Source: Lachnospiraceae bacterium
GTDB lineage: Bacteria > Bacillota > Clostridia > Lachnospirales > Lachnospiraceae
Reading direction: 5' to 3'
Length of the DNA: 55,616 nucleotides
Assembly (NCBI GenBank): GCA_021205565.1
Contig: JAJPXG010000121.1
Span: forward strand, 438 to 56,053
Below are positions 46,961 to 55,616 of this stretch, piece after piece. Position numbers and translations under genes: made by a program. Position 1 is the first letter of the stretch. Every line of letters starts with the position of its first letter. The notes beneath the pieces were generated by a model, which worked only from the letters and a program-made list of their open reading frames with translations, was not told where the DNA came from and did no database searches.

Positions 46961-48580
46961 CTAGCAGACCACAAGATCCATGGGATCAATCAGACACTCC
47001 AGTATCATCGACTTATCCTCTTTCAGAAACTCGTCCAGAATCTCTTCACACTTCTCCATCGTCTCCAGACGCAGATATGGAATATCATATGCTGCAGAGA
47101 GCTTTGAAAGGTCCGGATTGCCGGTCAGATCAATCATACTGTAATGATCAGAATAATTGAAATGCTGATACTCTCTCACCATGCCCAGGACCTGATTGGT
47201 CAGGACGACAATTTTCACCGGGATGTGATGCTGGCACATGGTAGCCAGCTCCATCATCGACATCTGGAAGGAGCCGTCGCCGCAGACCGCGATCACCTGT
47301 TTTTCAGGAGCGGCCAGCTTCGCGCCGATGGCTGCCGGAATGGAATACCCCATCGTACCCATGCCGCCAGTAGTCATAAAACGTCCCTTGCGAACGATAT
47401 GATAACCGCAGGACCAGATCTGATTCTGTCCCACATCAGCTACATATACGCCGTCCTCCTGCATTTTTTCAGACAACCGTGTAATAAAGGCAGCCGGGTC
47501 CACATAGTCAGGGTTGGGATTACGTTTCGGCGCCATGGTCTGTCTGTAGAAACTGAGCCGATCCACCCACTGTCTGTGACTGCCGCCAAACGGCATACCC
47601 ATGAAATCCTGTAAAATACTCTTGACATCCCCGACCAGAGGAATCGTCGCGCCGGCATTTTTACCGATCTCGGCAGGGTCCACGTCAATGTGGACTAAGG
47701 TTTTATTCTGTGTGATCAGATCCGGCTGGGAAACCGCGCGGTCGGCAACTCTCGCGCCGATCATTAAAAGCAGATCTGATTCGTTCATCGCCTTATTGGC
47801 ATAGGGCTTTCCGTTATTGCCCACCATGCCGTAATACAGAGGGTGCTCTGTGGGCATGGCGCCGATTCCCATCATGGTGCTGACAACAGGGATATTATAT
47901 TTCTCTGCAAACTCTCTTAACTCCTGTGCAGCGTCCGCTAACAAAACTCCCCCGCCGGCACAGATAATCGGCTTCAAACTGACTTCGAGCGCCATGGCAA
48001 CCCTGCGGATCTGAGGCACATTGCCCTTCACGGTCGGCTTATAGGTACGCAGATTGACCTCCTTCGGATAGGAAAAATCCTTCAGCTCCGCGTTCTGCAC
48101 ATCAATGGGAATATCAATCAGTACAGGACCCTTTCTTCCCGTATTGGCTATATGAAAAGCCTCTTTAAATACACGCGGGATATCCTCCACTCGCTTTACA
48201 AGATAACTGTATTTGACAAAGGATTCCACCGCGCCGGTGATATCCGCTTCCTGGAAAACATCTCTGCCGATCAGCTCGCTGTTGACCTGTCCGGTAATCA
48301 CGATCAGGGGAATGGAATCCGCGTGAGCCGTCGCCACACCGGTAATCACATTGGTAGCGCCGGGGCCGCTGGTGACAGCACAGACACCGGGACGATTCGT
48401 CATCCGCGCCATTCCGCTGGCCGCATGGGCCGCGTTTTGCTCTGTGCGGATTAAAACTCTTTGAATATCAGACTCCAGTATACTATTATAAAACGGACAG
48501 ATCGCCACGCCGGGATATCCGAACACCGTCGTGACCTTTTCTGCCTCAAGACACCTGACAATGGCATCAGCACCTTTCAT
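46961..48580 (-). CDS. ilvB: Acetolactate synthase large (catalytic) subunit, ThDP-dependent
   Basis: 539 aa with MKGADAIVRCLEAEKVTTVFGYPG..., ...ITGQV..., and the ThDP motif GDGSFQMSMMELAT...N. Confidence 0.9.
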   Translation of the reverse strand: MKGADAIVRCLEAEKVTTVFGYPGVAICPFYNSILESDIQRVLIRTEQNAAHAASGMARMTNRPGVCAVTSGPGATNVITGVATAHADSIPLIVITGQVNSELIGRDVFQEADITGAVESFVKYSYLVKRVEDIPRVFKEAFHIANTGRKGPVLIDIPIDVQNAELKDFSYPKEVNLRTYKPTVKGNVPQIRRVAMALEVSLKPIICAGGGVLLADAAQELREFAEKYNIPVVSTMMGIGAMPTEHPLYYGMVGNNGKPYANKAMNESDLLLMIGARVADRAVSQPDLITQNKTLVHIDVDPAEIGKNAGATIPLVGDVKSILQDFMGMPFGGSHRQWVDRLSFYRQTMAPKRNPNPDYVDPAAFITRLSEKMQEDGVYVADVGQNQIWSCGYHIVRKGRFMTTGGMGTMGYSIPAAIGAKLAAPEKQVIAVCGDGSFQMSMMELATMCQHHIPVKIVVLTNQVLGMVREYQHFNYSDHYSMIDLTGNPDLSKLSAAYDIPYLRLETMEKCEEILDEFLKEDKSMILECLIDPMDLVVC

Positions 48581-48686
48581 AATCCGAAATTCCTCCTTTA
48601 AGCACGCTTGTTCACTCGCTAACTTTTAAATCTTATCATAAATCTCAGAAACTAACAACCGATTTCTTAATTTTATGCGGCTTTCC

Positions 48687-48715
48687 TTGATTTTCAGGGT
48701 TTCCTATGCTATCAT
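48687..48715 (+). promoter_or_regulatory. Putative sigma-A promoter for the lipoprotein gene
   Basis: TTGATT (48687-48692), a 17-nt spacer, then TATCAT (48710-48715). Confidence 0.45.
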
Positions 48716-48751
48716 GAGCATTGTTTAATAAAAATCATATACAGGGGAATT

Positions 48752-49228
48752 ATGTACAGAAAATCATTTATCTTATTTTTATCATTGCTGTGCGCCGCTT
48801 TCCTTGGCGGCTGCGCTACTGCCGACACTGTAAAGATCGCCAGCTTTGAGGCGCAGATCAGCACCATTATAGACAGTATTGAGGAAATCAATGACGACAT
48901 GAACGCAGTGGACACCGACTCAGGTTCCGCAGATGTAAAAATGCTCGCTTATATGAAAGATCTCTCCGCCGCAATAGATAAGCTTGCGGCGCTTGAAGTT
49001 CCTTCCAGCGATTACCAGTATGTCAATGATCTGGCTTTAGAGGCGCAGGAATACATGTCCGAGGCTCTTACCCTGTACTCACAGATTCTTTCCACCGGGG
49101 CAGAATATGATCCGGACGTTGCCGAAACTGCCTTTGCGTATTATGAAAAGGCATGCCGCCGCGTCAGTGTCATAGTTTCCCTGCTGCACGGCAACACGCC
49201 TTCTGATGTTGAGATTACATACGAATAA
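48752..49228 (+). CDS. Hypothetical lipoprotein
   Basis: 158 aa. The signal peptide with lipobox is MYRKSFILFLSLLCAAFLGGCATAD. The mature part is helical and acidic, and I recognise no family. Confidence 0.7.
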   Translation: MYRKSFILFLSLLCAAFLGGCATADTVKIASFEAQISTIIDSIEEINDDMNAVDTDSGSADVKMLAYMKDLSAAIDKLAALEVPSSDYQYVNDLALEAQEYMSEALTLYSQILSTGAEYDPDVAETAFAYYEKACRRVSVIVSLLHGNTPSDVEITYE

Positions 49229-49244
49229 CTCCGCTGATTATATT

Positions 49245-50108
49245 TTACAGTACGAATTTTCTGATTGCATAAGCAACGCCGTTTTCGTCGTTGCTTTTTG
49301 TGACATAATCCACAGCCTTCAGCACATCAGGCTCTGAATTGGCCATTCCGACACTAAAACCCGCTTTTATGAGCATGTCATAATCATTTCCACTGTCCCC
49401 GATGGCCATGGTCTGTTCCCGCTTTAATCCGAGACGGTCCGCAAGCCATAAAAGCGCCGCGCCTTTGGTGGCGGTCGATTTTGTCAGCTCCAGATTTCCG
49501 ACTCCGCCTGAAACGGCTATCATATCGTCAAACTGTGCGCACCAGGCAGCGGCCTCTTCTTTAAAATAAGGTGCCCCGCCCGGCTCTTTTAAGAAGTTCA
49601 CCGTCACCTTGTCCGGTTCCATTTTATGGTTTCTGATATGCGCAAGGATATCCGGGACTTCCTCTCTGCTGGTACGGAAATACTTTTTAAAGGAATTGGC
49701 CGCAATGATTCCGTCAATCAGCGGCAACTTGGAAGCATCTATGTACGCATGACCGTCAATCAGTACGTCGCAGAGTACCGGCATCGGCATCAGGCCGGCA
49801 ATCAGTTCGATCACACGATTTCTGGGCATAGGATCATGATACATGCAGACGTGTCCTTTGAGATCATAAACAGAAGCGCCGCTTGTGCAGATGGCATACT
49901 GCAGACCCTTCAGTTTCAAAGCCTCCGCAGGAATTACATTATAGGGTCTTCCCGTCGCAATCACAACCTGCACACCCTTTGAAAGAGCTTCCTCGCAGAC
50001 TTGTCTGTTTTCCTCCGGCAGACGTTTCTGCGTATCAAATAAAGTTTCATCCAGGTCAATCGCTACCAGCCTGATATCCATGTTGTTACATTTTTCTGTA
50101 TTAATCAT
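49245..50108 (-). CDS. Cof-type HAD-IIB family hydrolase
   Basis: 287 aa with motif I VAIDLDETLFD, motif II ATGR, and motifs III/IV ...KGAAL...MAIGDSGNDYDM. Confidence 0.85.
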   Translation of the reverse strand: MINTEKCNNMDIRLVAIDLDETLFDTQKRLPEENRQVCEEALSKGVQVVIATGRPYNVIPAEALKLKGLQYAICTSGASVYDLKGHVCMYHDPMPRNRVIELIAGLMPMPVLCDVLIDGHAYIDASKLPLIDGIIAANSFKKYFRTSREEVPDILAHIRNHKMEPDKVTVNFLKEPGGAPYFKEEAAAWCAQFDDMIAVSGGVGNLELTKSTATKGAALLWLADRLGLKREQTMAIGDSGNDYDMLIKAGFSVGMANSEPDVLKAVDYVTKSNDENGVAYAIRKFVL

Positions 50109-50150
50109 TCTGTAATGCTTCTCCTGTGTCTGATCTTAAGTATTTTATAT

Positions 50151-51149
50151 TCACTCAGATGCGATGTATCCAAATCTCGGAATCCAGACCGCAAAGTCCG
50201 CAATGCCCATACACATCCTGCAGTTGTATTTCAGTCCACCGGTTACAATATCTCCCTTTCCGTACTGCGCGACGATCTCAACCTCCAGATCAGAATTCCC
50301 AGACTGACCGCCGGCAGGAAACTGCATGGTCAGCGTCGTGCGGTTTACGGCACTGATGTCCAGAACCGCCGTATCAATCGCCTGATCTGCATAATAGTAA
50401 ATCAGATCGTCATAGTCAGCTACTTCATTCAGGGTCGAACTATTGGAAACACCGCTTACAGGACTGTCACTTCCATACCAGTCCGCAAATTCCAATAACA
50501 GGTCATAGCCGGTGTAACCGTTTAAACCATCGATTTCATCCAGAAATTCATCCACTGTCGCCTCATAAGCCCAGCTATATATACCGGAAAAAATGTCCAG
50601 GTCATAGGATTTGTCCTTTCTCCCATCCCCGGAATCGCCATAATAAACAGAGATAAAATACAGAACCCCCGTCTGTGAATCAACCAAAATCCTGTACAGT
50701 CTGCTGACTTCCTTCTCACCGCCATGCTGCAGCAGTGTAATACAGGTGACCAGAAACATAATATCACTGGCGTCTTCGGCGCTGCAGATCGCATACTGCG
50801 TATTGGCCTGGCTGGTGATATTGCCATCGATCATCCCATAGCTCAGCTCATCGTAATGAAAAGCAGTCTGAAGCAGCGACAGAATCTCACCTGTATCCAA
50901 TCTGCTGTCTAGCTCTACCACCTGGTATTCGGCGCCGTTTTCCTTGCTCAACAGATAAGTGGACATGCGCTCCGCGTCATCCTCTATATAGTTGTTGGTC
51001 AGAACACCGGGGACAGTAAGCTCGTGATTCTCCGCATATACCGACTGATTGCTGATTCTGTCCTGTACGGCAAAAAGGAAAATGGGGGCTGACAGAACCA
51101 GAAAAAGTACGCCAGCGATAAAAAGGATATATTTAAGCCGTTTGAACAT
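50151..51149 (-). CDS. Uncharacterised N-terminally anchored extracytoplasmic protein, paralog B
   Basis: The ATG at 51149 gives MFKRLKYILFIAGVLFLVLSAPIFLFAV... (the track start at 51158 is a GTG). The protein has one TM followed by about 300 aa. It aligns by eye with the upstream paralog (YAEN..TV..LTNNYIEDD.ER, LVDSQTG.LYF..VYY, C-terminal C-x2-C-x-G). Confidence 0.65.
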   Translation of the reverse strand: MFKRLKYILFIAGVLFLVLSAPIFLFAVQDRISNQSVYAENHELTVPGVLTNNYIEDDAERMSTYLLSKENGAEYQVVELDSRLDTGEILSLLQTAFHYDELSYGMIDGNITSQANTQYAICSAEDASDIMFLVTCITLLQHGGEKEVSRLYRILVDSQTGVLYFISVYYGDSGDGRKDKSYDLDIFSGIYSWAYEATVDEFLDEIDGLNGYTGYDLLLEFADWYGSDSPVSGVSNSSTLNEVADYDDLIYYYADQAIDTAVLDISAVNRTTLTMQFPAGGQSGNSDLEVEIVAQYGKGDIVTGGLKYNCRMCMGIADFAVWIPRFGYIASE

Positions 51150-51154
51150 TATGA

Positions 51155-52192
51155 TCACCCCACCGACGGCTTCCAGTAATTAAATTTTTCAAGAAGAAAA
51201 GCCATATCTTCCAGGCCGATGCAAAGATTGCACTCATACGGGTCGAAATCATTGTCCTCCTGAAAATAATATACCCATTTATTAAACTGCGCCGTAAACG
51301 TCACTGTTACATAAGAGTCCCCATCTGAAGTGTATACTGCAGCGCTGATCGGAAATGTTGTGGCCTCTTTATAGACTGTAAACTCCACGCCTGTAAGATA
51401 TCCTGAATCTCCAGTCAAATCTTCGAAACCATCAACTGCGGTAAAAGTACTGTCCTTTCTGTCATCCACACAGGAAACATCCCCTGTCATATGATCCAGG
51501 AAAGGTGACAGGCACATTCCAATCAGCTGCGAACCGTAAATATGTAGATCCGTTATATCCGTATAAAGAAGCTCCTGATAGGCAGCCACAGCCCATCCGG
51601 CATCATCTGAAAATATCCCGCTGTATTGATTATAATTATCGGCATCTTCATATAAATTCCAGGCATAATAGACGCCCATAAAATAAAGCATACCGGTCTG
51701 AGAATCCACTAAAAGTCTGAGCGTATCATAACTGCCATAGTCTTCCGCTGCAACAGCACCGCCGCTGTACATCTGAATGGTAATCAACGTAAGCAGGAAT
51801 ATAATATCTGTGTGATCCTCTGTATTATAAACGGCATACTGCGTATGAGAAACAGAGGTGACCCCCATACGGATAAACGAGTAATCATCATCCTGATACG
51901 GGAAAGTTTTCAAAAGCAGCGCCGAAAGCTCCTCGTCACTCAAAGTGCTGTCCAGCTCCATCACCGCATACTCCACCCCCTGAGACTGATTATACAGCCA
52001 GGTCGTATATCGCTCCCCGTCATCCTCTATATAATTATTCGTCAGGATGTCGGAGACCGTAATATCCTGATTTTCCGCATACAGCGTCTGATTATCAATC
52101 TGATCTTTTAAAGAAAAAAGAAAAACGGGGGCTAAGAGAGCCAGAAGGATAATACACACAATGAACAGCAGGTATTTAATTCTCCGGCGCAT
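51155..52192 (-). CDS. Uncharacterised N-terminally anchored extracytoplasmic protein, paralog A
   Basis: 345 aa: MRRRIKYLLFIVCIILLALLAPVFLFSL... The start overlaps the histidine kinase stop by 17 nt. Confidence 0.65.
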   Translation of the reverse strand: MRRRIKYLLFIVCIILLALLAPVFLFSLKDQIDNQTLYAENQDITVSDILTNNYIEDDGERYTTWLYNQSQGVEYAVMELDSTLSDEELSALLLKTFPYQDDDYSFIRMGVTSVSHTQYAVYNTEDHTDIIFLLTLITIQMYSGGAVAAEDYGSYDTLRLLVDSQTGMLYFMGVYYAWNLYEDADNYNQYSGIFSDDAGWAVAAYQELLYTDITDLHIYGSQLIGMCLSPFLDHMTGDVSCVDDRKDSTFTAVDGFEDLTGDSGYLTGVEFTVYKEATTFPISAAVYTSDGDSYVTVTFTAQFNKWVYYFQEDNDFDPYECNLCIGLEDMAFLLEKFNYWKPSVG

Positions 52193-53675
52193 AGTCCTCC
52201 CTCATCTTTCTTCGCATCTCCTCCGCCGGCGGGAACGAAAGCCGGATGGCGGTTCCTTCCCCGACATTACTCACGATTTTCAGGGTGCCCTGATGCAGAT
52301 CAATGATCTTCTGACACAGGGCAAGACCGATGCCGGCGCCGCCCTGTTTCCTGGCACGGGATTTGTCCACCATGTAAAAGGCTTCGGTCACGCGGCCGAT
52401 TTCCTCCTGCGGAATTCCACGGCCATTGTCCACTACCGTGATCTCATAACCGCCGTCAGAGCTCTTTTTGCCCCGAAGAACTACAAACCCATTCTCCTCC
52501 ACCGCCTTATTGGCATTGGAAATCAGATTATACAATAACGAAAGCAATAAATCCTCATCGCCCCAGATCGAACCGCGCTCAAAGACAGCTCTGCCCTGTA
52601 TGCCCGCTTCTTTCCAGACGGAACGCATCGTGACCCGGATATTTTCCTCGAGATTTTTGGTATCTACCAGGCGGCCGTTTAAAGGCTGACGCTCCACATT
52701 TGTCAGTTCCATCAGCTTATAAGAGAGACTCTCCAGGCGCTTTCCCTGGGAATAGATGTAATAATATGCCTCTCTCTGTTCCGCCTCAGAAAGAGGGACT
52801 GTATTGAGCATATCTGTGTAACCGATGATGGAGGCTAACGGCGTCTTGAGCTCATGCGCAAACGCGTTGGTAAAATCCTCCTTCTGCTTTGCTTCCAGCT
52901 CCTTTTGTTTTGCAGCCTCTTCCTTTTCCCGGATATAGTTTAACAGAGTATCCGCCATCTTGTCAAATGTCTGTGCCAGCTCCCCGATCTCGTCCGACGA
53001 CCGGTAATGACTGCGCTTTTTATAATCTCCGCCGGCAATCTGATTGGCAACCCTGTTAAGGCGCCTGATCGGGCGGGTAATCACGCGGGACAGAACAGCC
53101 ACAATGCACGCGCTGGCACTCAAAAGAACCAGTACGGCAAACCAGTACTGGCGGATATAATAAGTTCTTTCAGCATATGTTTCGGAAATATCCTGATAGA
53201 TTCCGAGAATCATCTGCGCGGAATCATTTTCATAAGAGATGATCCGGACCAGCACATACTGTCCGTCCGCGATTTTCTGGATACTGTAGACGCTGTTATG
53301 CGTCTCGTCAATGTTCTCCGACATCTGTAAAATACAGGTTAAAAGCGTTGAATCATCATAGAGCAGGTTCTGCGGATCGCCGCCCTTAAGAATCTCTCCG
53401 CCCCAGATGATATAATATCCGAGCGTATCGCTGTCCATGCTTGAGGAAAGGGAATCCAACGCCGCCTGCACCGCGTAATCGGAACCATAGGCTTCATACG
53501 TCTGGTAGGTGACATCAAAGAAATACTGCAGCATCTGAAGCTGCTGCAGCGCCTGTTCCTTCTCCTTATCCATAAGACGATTAAAATTCAAATTGAGCAT
53601 CCAGAGGCCAAACAGAGAAAATGCCAAAGCAAGAAGAGAAAGCATGGATAAAAACAGCTTGTCTGCGAATTTCAT
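52176..53675 (-). CDS. Sensor histidine kinase (two TM, extracytoplasmic loop, HAMP, HisKA, HATPase_c)
   Basis: 499 aa with TM1 LFLSMLSLLALAFSLFGLWML and TM2 WFAVLVLLSASACIVAVL. It has a HAMP domain (RPIRRLNRVANQIAGGDY...), H-box FAHELKTPLASIIGY, N-box LISNANKA, G-box DNGRGIP and GGAGIGLALC. Confidence 0.9.
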   Translation of the reverse strand: MKFADKLFLSMLSLLALAFSLFGLWMLNLNFNRLMDKEKEQALQQLQMLQYFFDVTYQTYEAYGSDYAVQAALDSLSSSMDSDTLGYYIIWGGEILKGGDPQNLLYDDSTLLTCILQMSENIDETHNSVYSIQKIADGQYVLVRIISYENDSAQMILGIYQDISETYAERTYYIRQYWFAVLVLLSASACIVAVLSRVITRPIRRLNRVANQIAGGDYKKRSHYRSSDEIGELAQTFDKMADTLLNYIREKEEAAKQKELEAKQKEDFTNAFAHELKTPLASIIGYTDMLNTVPLSEAEQREAYYYIYSQGKRLESLSYKLMELTNVERQPLNGRLVDTKNLEENIRVTMRSVWKEAGIQGRAVFERGSIWGDEDLLLSLLYNLISNANKAVEENGFVVLRGKKSSDGGYEITVVDNGRGIPQEEIGRVTEAFYMVDKSRARKQGGAGIGLALCQKIIDLHQGTLKIVSNVGEGTAIRLSFPPAEEMRRKMREDYAPEN

Positions 53676-54340
53676 GGGATACTGTCCTCTCCCTCCAGGC
53701 GATAACCAACTTTGTAGATTGTAGAGATTTCTCTGTCCCAGTTCAGCTTCCTTTTCAGTCGCTGAATATGGATATCCACGGTCCGGCCCATACTTTCACT
53801 GTCGCCGCCCCATACCTTTTCATATATCTTGTCCCGGTAAAGCGCGATGCCGCGATTCTGTGCCAGAAGCAGCAAAAGATCGAACTCCTTCATGGTCAGC
53901 CTGATCAGCTCGCCGTCTCTCTCCACCATACGGGAAATCGTATCAATCGTGATGTCAAAAACATGCAGAACCGTATCCATTTTGTGGTATCGTCTCAGTA
54001 CGACCTCCACTCTGGCTAACAGCTCGGCGATTTCAAAGGGCTTGGTCAGATAATCCTCCGCTCCTAACTTCAGCCCCCTCACCTTCTGCTCCGTGCTCCC
54101 AAGCGCGGTCAGAAAAATAACCGGGATCTCCAGGCGGGCTGCATACCCCATCAGCTCATAGCCGTCGATCTTCGGCAGCATAATATCCAGCAGCACCAGG
54201 TCGAAAGCCTCCTTCTCCAAAAGATTGGCGGCCTCCTCCCCATCCGCGGCCCAGATACATGTATATCCGGCCTTTGTTAAATTCATTCTGATCAGATTGG
54301 CAATAGGCTCCTCATCCTCCGCCACTAAAATTCTGTACAT
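53672..54340 (-). CDS. OmpR/PhoB-family response regulator
   Basis: MYRILVAEDEEPIANLI...DLVLLDIMLPKIDG...LTALG...K is followed by a winged-helix C-terminus (...LTMKEFDLLLLLAQNRG...VDIHIQRLKRKL...YKVGYRL). An ATGA overlap links it to the kinase gene. The track start at 54349 is a GTG. Confidence 0.9.
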   Translation of the reverse strand: MYRILVAEDEEPIANLIRMNLTKAGYTCIWAADGEEAANLLEKEAFDLVLLDIMLPKIDGYELMGYAARLEIPVIFLTALGSTEQKVRGLKLGAEDYLTKPFEIAELLARVEVVLRRYHKMDTVLHVFDITIDTISRMVERDGELIRLTMKEFDLLLLLAQNRGIALYRDKIYEKVWGGDSESMGRTVDIHIQRLKRKLNWDREISTIYKVGYRLEGEDSIP

Positions 54341-54345
54341 TCCCC

Positions 54346-55296
54346 TCACTCCTGCGATATTGCAAAAACAATGCCCTCCGCGACTGCCTGCGCAAGCTCA
54401 GTCTGATAAGAATCACTTGTCAGCTGACGAAGCTCCGTTGGACTGGACATATACCCCATTTCAATCAGAACCGCTGTCATGGTTGTATTGCGCAGGACAG
54501 ACAGATCACTGTCTTCATACTTTCTCACATTGATTTCTGTGTTTTCCTCCATATATTCCGTGATGGCGGCGGCGAACGCCTCTCCGTCCTCCATGCCGGG
54601 ATAATAATAGCACTCCAGGCCGCTGATACTGGCGTCGTCATCATAAGAATTGCAGTGCAGGCTGACAAAATAATCTGCTTCCGCTTCATTGGCGATTTCA
54701 GCCCTGTCCGTCAAAGACAGATACTCGTCCTCTGTCCTGGTCATGATTACAGTTGCACCATATCTTTCCAGAAAGGCAGCCACTTTCTCAGCTATAGCCA
54801 GGTTGATATCGCACTCCCAGATGGATCCGCTCATGCATCCCGGATCCTCTCCGCCGTGTCCCGGATCGACCACAATCGTATACCCGGTCAGGTCCACATC
54901 TGTCAGATTCAGCACAACATCATATACCTCAGAGACATTGACCTCCTCAATCATGCTGACATTTGTAATCTTCTGGGCCTCCACCATCTGATCATCACCG
55001 GAGGATCTGAAACCTCGAATCAAATGAAACGCCGCTGCAAATACAGCGATAAATAAAGATATGTATATAACGTCTCTGCACACACGGCGCATCAGTCTTT
55101 TTTTGCGTCTTCTTTTCTGATTGATCGTATTTCTGGCGCCGGCAGGTTTTCTGACATTTCTGCCGGCCGAGCGGATTCCACTTAAGTCCCCCTCTCCAAT
55201 AATGGAAAGGGAATCTCCGTTTCTGTAATGAGCGCTGCGATTGCTGCTTTTGTTACTGCTGCTTCTGCCGTTTCCGATTGATCTGTTATTCTGCAT
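54346..55296 (-). CDS. N-acetylmuramoyl-L-alanine amidase (Amidase_3 family) with basic cytoplasmic tail and TM anchor
   Basis: 316 aa. A Ser/Asn/Arg-rich N-terminus and KRRRKKRLMRR precede the TM VIYISLFIAVFAAAFHLI. The catalytic domain follows: IVVDPGHGGEDPG...DYFVSLHCN...AVLIEMGYMS. The exact start is uncertain because there is no good RBS at 55296. Confidence 0.8.
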   Translation of the reverse strand: MQNNRSIGNGRSSSNKSSNRSAHYRNGDSLSIIGEGDLSGIRSAGRNVRKPAGARNTINQKRRRKKRLMRRVCRDVIYISLFIAVFAAAFHLIRGFRSSGDDQMVEAQKITNVSMIEEVNVSEVYDVVLNLTDVDLTGYTIVVDPGHGGEDPGCMSGSIWECDINLAIAEKVAAFLERYGATVIMTRTEDEYLSLTDRAEIANEAEADYFVSLHCNSYDDDASISGLECYYYPGMEDGEAFAAAITEYMEENTEINVRKYEDSDLSVLRNTTMTAVLIEMGYMSSPTELRQLTSDSYQTELAQAVAEGIVFAISQE

Positions 55297-55501
55297 AGCT
55301 AAATTCTTGTAAAACTCCCCTTAATTGTTGCCTGTATGATCCAGTCTGCGGAAAAAACCAGCATCACTCCGATATGGAAAATCAGCCGGATTTTTTATTG
55401 CCAGATAAGAGTATAAACTGCTTTTGTAAACAATTTGTAACAAAAAACGTAAAAATAATTGAAAATCGTAATATTCTTTTCAGATATGCTCAGCACACTT
55501 C

Positions 55502-55530
55502 TTGTCATCGGCAAAAGATTGCAGTATAAT
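55502..55530 (+). promoter_or_regulatory. Near-consensus sigma-A promoter firing towards the right window edge
   Basis: TTGTCA (55502-55507), a 17-nt spacer, then TATAAT (55525-55530). Its target lies beyond the window. Confidence 0.45.
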
Positions 55531-55616
55531 CAGAATGTCTCCCGGTTCTAAGCAGGAGTGTGGACAGATTGTCCGCATCGGAGGTGTCCAGTCTCACACT
55601 TATTCTTTCGCTGTGA

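Noticed and set aside
48581-48751. T-box or attenuator leader upstream of ilvB
   Set aside because: The leader is only about 60-100 nt after the best promoter candidate. It lacks specifier-loop/T-box sequence features or a terminator hairpin.

Overview
This 55.6-kb window looks like chromosomal backbone of a Firmicute, probably a Clostridia/Lachnospiraceae-type genome judging by gene content and synteny. I could not run a taxonomic search. Almost all genes are on the minus strand in tightly packed, often overlapping operons. From left to right the window contains:
- an AI-2E permease (partial), a Xer-family recombinase, and a divergent LysM-protein/lexA SOS module
- the conserved rplU-prp-rpmA-obg-yhbY-nadD-yqeK-rsfS cluster
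- rluD-lspA-aroB and sepF
- a HlyD-like gene paired with a small P-loop gene
- a cell-shape/division block: mreB-mreC-mreD-PBP2-minD-minE-rodA-mgsA-dac
- radC, a PLP enzyme, mutS-mutL-miaA, miaB and queA
- a decayed solute-binding-protein gene, a U32 peptidase, zapA and ruvAB
- a half-length MATE gene
- an ilvB/ilvN/ilvC region split by two membrane-protein genes
- a lipoprotein and a Cof-type HAD hydrolase
- an amidase / response regulator / histidine kinase operon ending in two tandem paralogous membrane proteins of unknown function

I saw no rRNA, tRNA, CRISPR array, IS element or prophage.

The observations most worth a second look are:
1. mutS carries a -1 frameshift in a T-run exactly inside the GDFYE mismatch-recognition motif. 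The same 10-mer shows the same apparent -1 in a second gene, so a sequencing artefact must be excluded first.
2. The amidase-TCS operon is translationally coupled to two uncharacterised paralogs that share a C-terminal CxxCxG motif.
3. A GT-C glycosyltransferase and a membrane protein sit between two paralogous AHAS small-subunit genes.
4. The MATE transporter appears to be an in-frame half-size version.
5. The miaA-downstream spacer and the mutS-mutL spacer both contain structured palindromic elements.

All functional calls come from reading the translations and motifs by eye. No database search was possible.
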